A DNA stretch of 64,000 bases, taken from positions 10,292,001 through 10,356,000 of the forward strand of contig CM102286.1 of assembly GCA_046563655.1 (NCBI GenBank). The letters are read 5' to 3'. Position 1 is the first letter of the stretch; every line of letters starts with the position of its first letter. The position numbers and the translations under genes are program-made. Below are positions 1 through 13,376 of the stretch, piece after piece. The notes beneath the pieces are model-generated. The model had not been told where the DNA came from, ran no database searches, and saw only the letters and a program-made list of their open reading frames with translations. Source of the stretch: Yuukianura sp. NJ FZ-2021 (lineage: Eukaryota).

Positions 1-203
1 AATATCCAGCAACATATGGATTTCAACCAAAATTCAAGCATATTGGCACATGAATCAGTTTTCCTTAAATTTAAACCCATTTCTAAAAGTTATTGTCTGC
101 AAAAGAATTCACATACAGAGGAAAGTACATTTCAAATGTGACTTGCTAAAATGATCGCGTTCACTTTTTTTTTTCACTCCCCATTCATTTTTGCCTGTTA
201 AAA

Positions 204-293
204 AAGGTTCGAAAGTTCGAACTCGTTCTGAACAAGTTCGAACTTAAGGTTCGAAGTTCGAACTTTTCATTTCGGGTCCGAACTTGAAGCACT
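204..293. mobile_element. Probable MITE end with clustered GTTCGAA(C) subterminal repeats, in a papilin intron
   Basis: Several GTTCGAA/GTTCGAAC motifs in ~90 bp; the minus strand begins TAGTG (hAT-like). The partner end is not identified in the window. Confidence 0.35.
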
Positions 294-311
294 AAGTAAA
301 GCGATTCTTAC

Positions 312-3300
312 CCAAGTAGTTTTCGTAGTCGGAAGCAGTTGTTACTTCAGGTGAAGCCTCGGTAGTTGTAGTAGTGGGCTCAGTAGTAGTTTCTTCGGTC
401 ATTTCCGGTGGTTCCGTTTGCCGCTCTGTTGTTGGTACTTGCTCCGTCGGAGGAATAGCATCCGGTTCACCAGAATCTTCCACAACATACTTTGTAAAAT
501 CCTCATCTCCGTCTTGCAATGCCACCCCAACTCCACGTTTAGCCTCGACAATAATTGTCCAACTGTCTCCACGTCCATAGCCGTTGTAAGCTTGGCAAGT
601 ATAAGGACCCAGGTCCTTGATCGCCACAAGTTTCAGGAGCAGAGCGTAATCTCGTAGTTGTTCATACTTCTCGGAAGAAAGTGGAAGAAGACGGTCACCA
701 CGAAACCAAGTAACTTGAGGTCGAGGAAATCCAAGGGCAAAACATCGAATTGTGTACGGCTGTCCAATTGTTGCTGGAGAAAGTTGAGGCGGAGGTATAA
801 GTCTTGTTGGAGAAGGTGGTGAATCTGCAGAAATCAGAAAATGTTTCTAGAATGATTTTTATTAAGAGTCACTGAATCCTAATATAGTAGGATACGAACC
901 TTCAACAACAAGGTCAATGTCTCTACGGTCTAAGCCAAACTGATTTGTTGCTACGCAAGTATAAATTCCAGCGTCGTTAACATAGGCGCCAACGAGTTGA
1001 AGTTTTGTGCCGAAAGAATGGTAGCGTCCAGTCGTGGGAGAAATCTAAAAAAAAAATGCGGATATTTTGAATATATTACTGTGCTAGGTATTGCGAATTT
1101 ACTAATCACTACATACTATATTTGCTTAGGTTTAGGTAAGAAAAATATGGGCGAAACTCACAGGGTAGCCATCTCTTTCCCAAGTTATACGTGGTTCTGG
1201 ATCTCCTCTAGCGACACAATCGAATTCCGCTAACGTTCCTTCTTGGACGACCACTTGAGCTGGATCGGTTGGGCTCACAATTTGCGGCTGGGAGCCTCGA
1301 CTCGGAGGCAATGGAGGCAGAACACCCATGTCTAATATTAAACCATTGGATTAAGTTTTCTCGCGTTTCTGAAATCTCTTGATAGAATATTTACCAATAT
1401 CAACGCAGTATCCAACAGGCTGCTGGTTTACATTTAATTCGATAGCACACCTAGTTCCTGAGTGGCAGTTGATGGCACTACAAGGGTTGTAACAGGAGCA
1501 GACGTGACATCCGTCAACAAGATCCGTTTGTACGCCATAAGGACATTCGATTGTAGCACATGATGTTGTGTCACAGTTCGATCCAGCGTCTCCGTCCGGT
1601 CCTAAATACGACAGATTTTCCTCAATACATGTTAAAAGTTATAATTTTGAATGTAAAAAACAACGTTTTGCAATGAAATTTCAACAGAATTAAAGATAAC
1701 AAATGAAAGCAATAATCAAAACATGTTTTTAGGTACCGGTTGGACTGGCCGTTGTGGTCTCTACTGTTTCATCCTCGCGACCGCGATCAGGATCTTGTTC
1801 GGGCTCATGACTCAAACAAGTACGCTCACAGTCTACCTTTGTGCTAAACCGATTTCCATTTCCGCCGCATCCAGAATAGTACATCAGATTACAGCTTTCT
1901 TCCATAGGAGAATAATAGTACTTCTCAATCCTATTGCGACATGGTCCAATATCTGATGGTTCTTGGCAAATATCTAGAAGAAAAGGAAACTCAAATCAAA
2001 TTTTTAGAAAAGAAGCCAAAAATTAACCACGTAAGTCGCGGCTACCTTTTCCTTTGTATTCCCCACAACGTTGTTCACATTCCTCGACAGAATTGAACCG
2101 ATTATGGTTTCCAGCGCAGCCACCATAAATGAATTCTTCACATTTTGAATTCTCGGGATTATAATAGTAGCTTGGAAAAGCAGCGCGACATGGTCCCGTT
2201 TCCGGTGGCAAGTTACAAAAGTCTACAGGTAAAAAAATTCAGTTAAAGCACTTGAAACGTAACATTTGTAAAAAGCGTTTTTTTAAACAAACCTACCCAT
2301 TGTATCTTCTGGGCGTTCCGGTTGTCGCTCAGGTTCGTATGGCGCCACTGTAGTTGTGGTGACTTCTGGTTCCTCTCTGTTTTGCTTGCAGCGCTCTTCG
2401 CAAAGGGCTTTTGTGTCAAACCGATTTCCATTTCCTTGGCATCCAGAGTATCGAAATTCAGAACAGGAATCAGAATCTCGGTTGTAGTAAAATTGTTTGA
2501 AGTTTCCACTGCACGATCCCGCAAGAACTGGCAAGGAGCATGGGTCTACAGAACAGATTGTGGTAAAATTGTGGTAAACTCCAGACAAAAATTAAAGCGA
2601 AACAGCGGACGTCCTTTTAAATTCTTGATTAACATAACAAACCTTGCACATCTCTGCATTTATCTTCACATTCATCTCTTGTTGCAAAGCGGTTTCCATT
2701 TCCAGCGCATCCGAAGTACGCGAATTCTCGACAAATTCCATCCGACGTATCGTAGTGCCAATTTGTACTTCGTTCGCCGCAAGGTCCAGGATCCGGCGGC
2801 AATAAGCAATTGCTCCTCTCAAACTCTTCGTGCTTGACGTTTCTCTCACAACGTGAAATGCATTCTTCCCTGCTAAAGAAGTTGTTTGCATTGGCTCCAC
2901 ATCCAGAATAGACAAATGGACGGCAAGTGCCAGAATAAGTATCAAAATGGTATCGCTCAGTGTAGCTTGTGCAATCGCCTGGCGCCGGTGGAAGAGAGCA
3001 AGTTGGGTCACCTATGTAGGAAAAAAATTTATTTCAATATTTATAAAAATATTAAAATATTAACATATAAAATATATACTTCTGTTTATAGTAATTTTTG
3101 AATTACCCAGAAGAGCCGATGGACATGTCATTTCACACTCATCCCTGCTGCTAAAACGATTCTTGGTCCCGCCACAGCCAGAATAGTAAAAGGGCAGGCA
3201 TCTACTTTCGTAACTTTCATAGTACCACATTGCAAGTTTTGCATTGGAATTATCTGGGCATTGTCCGGCTGAGCGAGGTTCGTAACAGGATTCTGAAATT

Positions 3301-6300
3301 TCGAAATTTTTAGGTGAATTTGGTGCAACGTTACGATTTCAACGAATATTGTTGGCATTACCAAATTTTCCGCCACATGTTAGTTCACATTCAAAGTTTG
3401 ACACAAAGCGATTACTATTTCCTCCGCAACCGGAGTATTCAAATTTGACACACAATGCTAGGTGTGGGTCATAAGCATAACGTTTGAGGGTGGCGTTACA
3501 TGGACCTGGTTCCGGCGGTGCAATGCAGCGTTCTAGCAAAGCTATTTGAACGGACAAAACAATTTGATACACGAAAGCAACGACAAATATCACACGTATA
3601 GTAAGTCAATCAAATCACAAATAGCACCACAAAAAATAATCATACCCCTTGTCCTCCCTTCACTACTGCATCGGTGCGTGCATTCGTGTTCTGTCAAGAA
3701 GTTGTTGGGGCTAGCTTTGCAACCGCCGTACGTAAATTGCGTGCATTTGCCAGCCTCCTTGTCAAATGCGTACCGAGAAAAGTTGCCCTTGCATGGACCT
3801 GGAGTTAGCGGTGTATCGCATGGATCTAAAAATAAATGGTTATATAGACTTTAATTAACAATTCTTACATCACCGAATTCCAATCCTACCAATTCTTTCG
3901 TCAACGAGGCAAGTATTTTCACATTCCGCCCGAGTTGCAAATCGGTTGTTATTTCCCAAGCATCCGCCATAAATGTAGGGAGCACAAATCTCTCTTTCGG
4001 AGTCATAGTAGTAGGATGGATAGTATCCCTCACAAGGGCCGGCGACTCTTGGTAGTAAGCACGCATCTAATATAAAAAAAATCAAATATTTTGAAATTTA
4101 TTTTTCATAAATTGATATATTTTTGTTTTATTAAATTATCTAGACTGACCTCTGCCCTCTGGTTCTACGCAAGTACTTTTACACTCATCCTGTGTATTAA
4201 ATCTGTTTCCATTTCCTTCACATCCGCCATACCAGAATCGAGAGCAGCCTCCATATTCCATGTCGAAGAACCATTTAACAGTGAAATTTCGGCAAGGGCC
4301 ACGCACCCTATCAAGGCCACAAACTTCTGTAAAGGTGATAAAAATGTTAGCACGGTTAAAAAAAAACAAATATTAGTATTGGATCAAAAGCTGTTTTGAG
4401 ACCTCCAGGATTGACAACTTCAACGCCACAGCCTCCGAAGTTCTCAGCAGCAGCTTCAGTAACTCCATCTGGACAACATCCAAAAGCAGAAGACTCGCAT
4501 CCACAGGTTCCATTTCCTGCCGGCGTCTTCCTATCTGGGCAGCATCCTTCACTGGTAAACTCGCATCCGCACCCTTAAGATTGAGTTGATCAAGTATTGG
4601 AACAAATGCTGTCAATTTAAGTTGAACTTTACCTTCTTTATTGGCTCCCTTCGCCACCGTGATACCATCGTCACAACACCCTAAAACCAAAATATTTTCA
4701 AGAATTTTAGTTTTAGTAGAGTGGTTTGCTAGGTAAGGTGAAACGACTTTGAGAAATGGTTTTTGCACTTACCAGTTCTAAAGGTTGAGCATGGACATCC
4801 AGCATATTCTGGTCCAGTGGCATTTGTGTAACCATCTTCGCAGCACCCGTGTTCGCTGAAAATAACGGTTTATAGATATTTGTGTCATTATGTACATTTA
4901 GTGATTCAAATACATTTAATAAGTGAAAACTTCTGCAAAGCAAAATTACCTGAATTTGCAACCGCATCCAGAGGGTGTTGCCGCCGTGACATTGTCTGGA
5001 CAACACTTCCATGGACTCTCCATGCAACTGCAGCCTATATAAGTAGAGGAAGGTAGTTAAGCTCCAATGTCTACAAGTGGTAATTTGTTTGAACACACCT
5101 TCCCAGCGAGGCCCTTGTCTCGGAGTGATATTGTCCGCGCAGCATCCGAATTCCTGTTTGTTCAGGGAGAAAAACATTACAACACCAAAAACTTTTTTTG
5201 AAATCCCTGAGATTTCTAACCGTATTGAGACAACACCCTTCTTTGTTTGGCCCGTGTGAGGGTGTAACTCCATCGTCACAACACTGGTACTTGGTTCCAG
5301 CGCAAGGTGACTCTTCTTCTCCAGGAGTGGTAGCTGCACGAGGAAAAAAAAAGTTTGGAAGCATTCATGGCATTCAACAATAAGAAAAAAAAATGAATTC
5401 ATTTTTAGATACTTGTTGTCGTAACGTCTTCGCTGATTTCTTCGACTTTTTCACATCCTTCATCAGTGTTACCAGTACGAGGAGTTTTCTTGTCTGGACA
5501 ACAACCATATAACGTTTTGGAGCAATCGACGGTGTCGCATTTTTTCTTCTTCCCTTTCATCGGAGTTACACCATCCGGACAACATCCAAACTTCGTTTCT
5601 GCACAAGTCTTCGGAGTTGTGCAACCTATTTAAAAAAAACAAATTTCAAACAAGTGACATAGTTTCCAAATGTACTTGAAAAAATACCGGCTCCAAATGG
5701 TCCCTTCGCAACGTCTTTTCCATTGGGGCAGCATCCATAAGGCTTAGTTGTGCAATTCACTTGCCGAGCTTTACATGTTGGTTTAACTTCCGTACCGGGT
5801 AGAGTGGGAGCTGAAACAAAATGAAACGAACGTTCAAGAAAAACACCAAATATGATAGTACAAACCTCAATAATTTCCAATTAGTCAATGTTCAACATAC
5901 CTGGACTTGTTCCGGATCCGCTGATTATATCCTCGGGCTCTCCACTAGCAGAACCCGAACCAGAAATCATTTCATCTCCAGAACCAGACTCCTCGAATTC
6001 CAGCTCAAATCCGGAACCAGACTCTCCCGACGTATCCCCTGATGGTATTTCCTCTCCCGAGGCGGAACCAGACTCTTCAGGTTCCGCGGAGCCTGAACCT
6101 GAAGCCATTTCTTCGCCTGAAGCTGATCCAGATTCTATTGGTTCAGCGGAGCCTGAACCTGAAGCCATTTCTTCGCCTGAAGCTGATGCAGATTCTATTG
6201 GTTCAGCGGAGCCTGAACCTGAAGCCATTTCATCGCCTGAACCTGATCCTGATTCAATTGGCTCGGCCGACCCAGACCCAGACGGCATTTCCTCTCCTGA

Positions 6301-9300
6301 AGCTGAGCCTGATTCAATCGGTTCCGCAGATCCAGAGCCAGACATAATATCATCCCCTGAAGCTGATCCGGATTCCGTTGGTTCAGGCAATCCAGAACCA
6401 GAAGCTGATCCTGATTCAACTGGCTCAGCAGATCCAGAACCGGATGCCATGTCATCGCCTGAAGCTGACCCAGATTCAATCGGTTCAGCGGAGCCTGAAC
6501 CAGAAGGCAAGTCTTCGCCTGAAGCTGATCCAGGTTCCATTGGCTCAGCAGATCCTGAACCGGAGATCAAACCATCGCCGGAAGCTGATCCTGATTCAAT
6601 GGGTTCGGCTGATCCTGACGTTTGTTTTTCCTCGCCTGAACTTGAACCGGAGTCTGCTGGTTCTCCTGACGCTGAGCCGGAAGGCATTTTATCACCCGAA
6701 GCAGAGCCAGATTCCATATCTCCGGATTGAATTGGTTCGCCAGAACCTGAAGGCATTTTGTCACCGGAGGCGGATGCTATCAATTCATCGCCCGAAGCTG
6801 ATCCAGATTCAATAGCTTCACCGGACCCGGAACCGGATCCAGATTCGACTTTTTGTCCAGACGCAGATCCAGATACCAAGTCTTCTCCAGAGCCGGAAGT
6901 TGATCCAATTGCGTCTCCCGATGCCGAACCAGACGGCATGGCGTCACCTGAAGCTGAGCCTCCGTCCATCGGTTGTTCAGAACCAGAAGCAGAGGCAGAA
7001 CCTTTGAAAAAACTCAAACTTAAAAACAAGTACAACATTTTCGATAGCGTGATCGTGCTAATGCTCACCAGATTCTGCGCTTCCTACACTGTCCGCTGTT
7101 GTTGAGGTCATTGGAGTTTCAGTTGTAGTAGGAATGAGCGGATCTCCAGATCCACTACCGGAAGGCATGCTGTCTCCCGATGCATCGGCACTTGTACTTC
7201 CACTCGAAGAAAAGACAAGGGCACCTGAACTACTCGGACCCTCATCTCCACTTCCAGAAAATTCCTCCCCAGATCCAGACCCACTTCCACTGCCACTGCC
7301 GCTGCCACTACCGCTACCACTTCCAGAGGAACCGAACTCCAAATCTATCATTGCTGGATCAAGATTTTCTGTAATTTCTTGGTCAGGATAGATTACTTCG
7401 TTCCCATCTTCCGCCTCTTCATCCTCATCTTCTGCCTGTCGTTTGTCTCGACTACCGTTTGACGCATTCGATGGTGCATTATTGTCTTTGGAAACATCAC
7501 CGCTGCCGGGTTCGGTATCTGAACTTGCTGCATCATCGCCGGATCCATCCATCATCTGCGGTAAGCATACTTGATTAAAAAATTGAAAATACTACAGCGT
7601 AATATTACTTTTAAATACCCCGGATCCGGACTCCTCCATGTCATCGTAATCATCACAATCGTCGTACGTGTCATCCGAACTGTCATCTGCAGGTTCATCT
7701 AAAAAAAGTCTTAGTTTTTTTAAATAATCTTTTGAAGGTATAATTATCAGTTATGTATGTACAGTTTCTTTACCGGCTCCACTCCCGCAGGCGTCGCCTT
7801 CACACGTGGTAAAGCTATCGGGTGTGGCATCGCTATTACACTTTGAAACTGCAGCGGTTTCGTTTCCGACGAGGCAAAGGATAGTCCGGGTCTTCTGACC
7901 TCCGGCGCCGCATGGTTTCGAACACTAAACGAAGTAAAGACATTTCAAATTCCCAGAATCAAAATCAAATATAAAAGAATCCGTTTCTAATTTAAACAAA
8001 CTAAAAATTCCCACCTCACTCCATGGACCGGTGAACCACTCGCCTCCGCATTCTTCCTGTTCCCCAACACAGTCCTCTGTGCCGTTGTATTTTTTGACTG
8101 GAACACAGTTCGATTCGTCTACTTTGTTGATTCCGGTATCCGTCACCTCGCCACAAAACACTTCTCGTGTTCGGTGACCCGGGCCGCATGTGGCAGTACA
8201 CTGTATGAATTTAAAGATAATTTAAATAATGTAAGTATTCGATTCATATTTTTTCATTGGAAGAGAATCGTCTATGGAAATCGTCGGAATCAGAGACTGA
8301 CCTCACTCCATTCTCGCGCGTACCACCCATACTGACATTCCTTTGTCCTGTTACACTCTTGTCGATCAACTGGTTTTCGGTAAGCGTGGCAGAGCTTGTC
8401 GTCATAAATAACTCCTTTCAGTGTTCCGCAATATACTGTTCGAGATTCTTCCAGTGAGCCACAAGACGAGCACTAATCATAAAATATTGGTATTCTAGGA
8501 TTTCATTTTATTTACGAAAGTTAAAAAATAAAATTTGTTCTAATTTACCCCTGTCCAATTTGATACGATCCAATCCAAACCTTCGCATGGAAACAGTTCA
8601 CATGGTCTTGTATTGTTCGGCTTCGGCTTCGGGCACTGATGTTCCGGGTGAGTCGTTATTACTCCTGACGCATTCAGAAAACATGCAACTTCACGCGTCT
8701 CCTCACCACTCCCACATAAAACGGAACACTGTAAACGGCATCAGAAAATACTTGTATCAACACTGGTCAGATTTAAAATCACAACTTAGGTTTCGAAACA
8801 TTACCGATCCCCACTCGCCAATAAACCAATCCGGACACACACTAGGGCCTTGGCAAGCACGAGCCCTTTGAGGCATCTCCCCTTCACATTGACTGTCGTC
8901 AAGCAATGCTGGAACCCCTCCAACGACCTGGGAACAATATACGCTTCGGTACTGCGCACCGTCGGCTCCACATTGCGCGTCACATTGGGACCACTGAGAA
9001 GTTTGCCAGCTATACAAAAAAAAATGGTAATCAATGTTTAGAAAACTGATTTTGTTCTTTCAAATCAAAACTGAAATTACTCACCCTATTGAGCAAGGCT
9101 CATTTGCGCATGGTTCTGTTCCAGCAGGAATACGAGTACTGTCGCAGAGGTCAGGTTGCACGAGAGCATCGGTGATGGTATTTTTGCAATTGATACGGCG
9201 CGTTTTGTATCCTAAAAATTGAAACACCTTAGAAACAGTTGCCCCAAAAACACGAAAAAGCTCCGCCACAATCACAAACCTCCACCGCATTGTTGATTGC

Positions 9301-10864
9301 ATTCTCCCCATGGCCCAACTTCCCAACCATATTCGCCAGATTCAATGAGCACGACACCTTCAGGGATGCTGTACTCATAATAAATTCCTGGATTCGGTTC
9401 TTGGTACAAAACCTATAAAAATTCAAGACAATTTAAAAACAAACCAATTCACAAAAATAAAATGACATCAGTTACAGATCTGTATTGACAATTACAACAA
9501 CGTAAATGGCTTCTGAAATTGGTCCAAGGCTGCTAATTGATTCTGGAGCATAGAAAGATGGAGCTTTGCGTTCATACTGCCAGCTACTGCCGGCAAACGT
9601 CATTTCTCGCGGAAAATCTATTCGCCAGTTTCCATTCAAATAATAGTGGGAAGTAGTATTTCGCAGGGCTAAAATGAAAATATTCAGCTGTAGAAAAGTA
9701 GTATCATTTTCGAATCCTTCGCTTGACGTTGAAATATTTGTCATACCAAGATAATTGTTGCTTTGCGTCACTTCTTTGATGAGAATATTTGTAGCACCCG
9801 CTGGTATCATCAAAATATCATTGTAGCCCACTTGCAGATTGTTGTCCGTAAAAGTGCCATCTACCGTTTTGCAATTTCTGCCACCTCCGTCACACTTCCG
9901 GCACTTGTCCTCGCGGGCAGTTGATCCAAGCTTATTGTCGCAACCTATGGGCTAAAATCACAAAAAAAAAATGCTAGACCTGTTTTGTATTCTCCAGAAT
10001 GCATTCGAAAACTAAAAAAAGGTGTTACCAGGCATTCTCCGGCTACACAAATATGGCCGCTCCCGCATTCTGTCCCATCTGAAGCAAATCGCTTATGACG
10101 GAAATAAAACCTTTCGCCCCGGGGCATGCAATTAAGTTCGCATTTCTCCACCGCTTTCGTGTACGGTATCCACCTAGAACAAATTGAAACGTTGTTTTTT
10201 ATTTGGTTTTGTTATAATTTTGTTTGCTATTTTAATTCACAGATATTACTCGTAGTATCTGCCCTCAAAAAGTACGGAGTCAAAGGCACTGCATTGCTCA
10301 GCCCGAAAGTCCGGAGTGCCTGGAGCACATTTCTGCAAAAAATTGTCCACTACGTCAATGCTTAAAAGGTAATCAAACTTAAATGATTGCTTACGGATGT
10401 GTGGCATGAGTAATATCTTCGAGTTGGCCCTTGACAAGCCCTGGAAATAACAACAAATTCAACAAATATTTCAATTATGAAGCAAAAAGATTCTCAAACG
10501 TTTTCATAAAAAAGTTTACTCTGGATTCGGATCTCTGCAAGCTCTAACTTCGCTAGCGACTCCGCCGCCGCAACTCCTACTGCATTCTGTTTCGTGTCTC
10601 CATTCTTCCCAATCTCCGGAAGACCGGATATCTGTGGATCCAGATGCAGTTACGTACGTACGCCGCGACGGACCTGAAGGTGATCTTGCTGGGGCTACAT
10701 TGTCATAATCCGAAAAGAACTGTCCGTGGGATGGTTGGGAAAACTGCAAAAGCATACAATTTAAAATTTCATTTTCAACATAATTTACATTTCACTGCAA
10801 ATCTGTAGAGGCTTACCTGAGCAAGTAGAATAAATAACTCTGTGTATACTAATATCAGGGTCAT
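312..10864 (-). CDS. Ppn: Papilin, a multi-exon extracellular matrix proteoglycan; the 3' part continues beyond the left window edge
   Basis: ATG at 10864; exon 1 (10864-10817, [16 protein letters not shown]) splices to 10743 (FSQPSHG..), giving a signal peptide. Then TSP1 ([12 protein letters not shown]), ADAMTS Cys-rich/spacer ([23 protein letters not shown]), more TSP1 repeats, an acidic Ser-Gly region, ~10 CCxDG repeats, 10 Kunitz domains, an antistasin-like module and Ig domains. GT-AG introns; last visible donor at 311. Confidence 0.95.
1735..4330 (-). other. Ten tandem Kunitz/BPTI domains of papilin
   Basis: Ten C-x8-C...Y(G/S/F)GC.G/AN.N(R/N)F...C modules read across exons, e.g. [42 protein letters not shown]. 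Confidence 0.9.
5901..7001 (-). repeat. Coding 60-bp tandem repeat ([24 protein letters not shown]) forming one 1101-nt papilin exon
   Basis: 60-nt periodicity visible at ~6060-6600; AG acceptor at 7003/7002 and GT donor at 5900/5899. Confidence 0.9.
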
Positions 10865-13025
10865 CGGACGCCTTGTCTATGACTAGAATCAGGAAGAATT
10901 CAAAAAACGAACGTGAATTAATTAATTAATTAACTATGTAACTAATTAATAAATAAAAACCAATAAATTTAAGACAAGATGGGGTTATCCGCTTGTTCGT
11001 TTCCCTAGTTGAAAATGCTCATTCGTAGACAAGACGCCACACGCAGGCGCATGTCTAAACTCTGATCTCACGATCAGTGTCAAGCGTAAAAGACAAGCGT
11101 GCGGTGTTCAATTTCAATTAGGAAACATGCAGATTTCCTACATCATGTTTAACATTTTAACAGAAGAGTAAGATTGGCTAGCAATGCCTGAATACTTAAT
11201 GAAAGCTTCAACCACGCTTTTCCTGCGATTAGTGTCTAGAAATGTGCGGAAACCGATGTAGCACTGTGCAAAATAATTTGAACTCGAGAGAAGATGTGCT
11301 GGAACATAAGCATGTGCATTGCGTCTAGTCTGGGATCTAAATTAGGTCGAACTTATGCGCACACGGACTTAAAGATTAATTCTTTTCCAAAATTAGCTTT
11401 CAGTAAAATAAATATGGTTGGTACACCATTTACGAAAGTTAACTTGTAATTATCAATTTTTCTTCCGCAATATCCTGTTTCTTTCACATGGCCAGACGAT
11501 ACGATTTGGAAAACGGCTAAAGAAATCTAACGTTTTAGCAATTATGAAAACAGTAATGCTCATTCATATTCAAACTCTTTCGAAGAATACCATAGCTGCC
11601 TCGAAATTCAAAAGGTTTCGAAAAAAAAAAAGTGGAGATACAAAAACATCTCGAATACGAATACAAGGCGATAAGGTTGACGCGAAGATATTTCAAACGA
11701 GATATTTTTAGTCGAGATATACATATTGCAATAACCTAACGTAAATGTGGGGATAATTTCGAAAACCGATTAATCGTTAGAAGTTTTACACAAAAAACAT
11801 TGCGTAGTTATTTTTTTTTCATCGCGCTACAAAACTGTTCTTGCAAATTCAGAATTACCCAACGGGGGTGAGATTAATGATTTCCAGTTTTTCAGTTTTC
11901 AGTACTAATTATTGAAAACAAAACGTAGGTTAATCAGAATAATTTGAAACTTTTCACGCACCTTGATTTACAAAAATATGTCCCCATCCAAGTCCCTCCA
12001 GGGAAAGCCAAAGTGAAAGTTCGTTTGGCACAACCTAAAAAAAACTTGTAACTTCTGCTTTGAAAATTGAATTTTGAAACACTCAAATAAGGTTATTGTT
12101 TTCTAAACCATAATCACTTGGAGAAGCACTTGTGCAAAGACAGGAAAAAATTATCCCAAAATCCAGTGAAACAATGTGGCACTGATCTCCAGCTTGTTAC
12201 GAACGTATGAATGAACAAAAGGCGAGACATGGATTTCCTGCGATAATTCAAAAACGAACGGAAGTTGGAAAAAAATTAGGGATTAATCTAAATACCAAGA
12301 ATAAAGAAGACTCCTTAAAGTTAACGGAGACGCCGGGAATTGAATTTGACTTGGCAGAATCCCACAGCGGGACGCGAAGACACAAGGACCAAGTGTTTAG
12401 AACTGATTAACCGACTTCTCCTGCTCATTCTCTGAAGAAGTCTAAGTGTTTGGAACATTTTAAGGGTCACATCATCACATCTCACCAAGAGCATAGGCTC
12501 CACAGATTGACAAGAACAAACGACCAAAGGCACACAAGAAGATGAGATGAGAGAGATCGGGTAAAAATCTCTGAAGCTTTGAGAAGTCTCAAGACAAAGG
12601 GAAAACTAACTTGAAAATGAAATAACTCTGAACAATGGAGAAGGCACAAGGACGCTTAATAAGATGATCCTATGCAGAGGAAAGAGGGCCCTTCTTTAAG
12701 AAAAAAAGGGCCCACTTCACTTAAACGTAAACGAGTGCCGCTTTAATTTGAGTCTTTGGGTAATGCATATGGGGATTCCTTGAAGATTCTAGAAGATGAA
12801 TGTCTTCGGATTCTCAAGAATGTTCCCTTTCCCTCTCCATCGTTCAGAGTTGTACAAAAAATTGGGCCCTGCAATTACGACCTGCAGAGTAGAGGTGTAA
12901 TGGAAGGGCCCTTGGCCATTCATAACCTGTACAAAAAAGATCAGTTGACTGAGTCCTTAGACTCATTCAGTAGCGATTTACGACCATTTATTGTTTAAAT
13001 GAAAGTGTGAAACGTACGCCATGCA

Positions 13026-13296
13026 CAGGGGGCGGCAAAAATGCCTTAGCGACCAAAACCGATTCTTTATTTGTTTACAATTTCACTCACAGTGACGTCA
13101 CTCCGAGTGAAAATACAGGTTCATCCGAGTTTTTAAGCTATTTTTAAGTTTGCGGCGAAAGTATTGAGACTAAAATGCTGAAAATTTTGAACAACACTGT
13201 AAGTGAGTGAACTCGGAGTGAAAGAAATCCCATAGCAACTCAGTTTTGAAAAAACAATTTTCAACAACCGTACCTATAAGTATTCTATTTACCTTG
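13026..13296. mobile_element. 271-bp non-autonomous element with 9-bp target-site duplication
   Basis: CGCCATGCA at 13017-13025 and 13297-13305. Starts CAG, ends TATTTACCTTG and shares motifs with the element at 15521-15774. Confidence 0.7.
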
Positions 13297-13376
13297 CGCC
13301 ATGCAGCAGAATGGATATAGTCGAGTGCCTCCAATACAGCAATGATCCGTTGATTTAGGGTTGATTCTGTGGTTTC

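Noticed and set aside
5888..7391. Long plus-strand ORFs overlapping papilin
   Set aside because: Antisense shadows of the low-complexity Ser-Gly coding repeat.
12200..13000. Short ORFs between papilin and CCDC124
   Set aside because: No recognisable motifs or splice-consistent structure.
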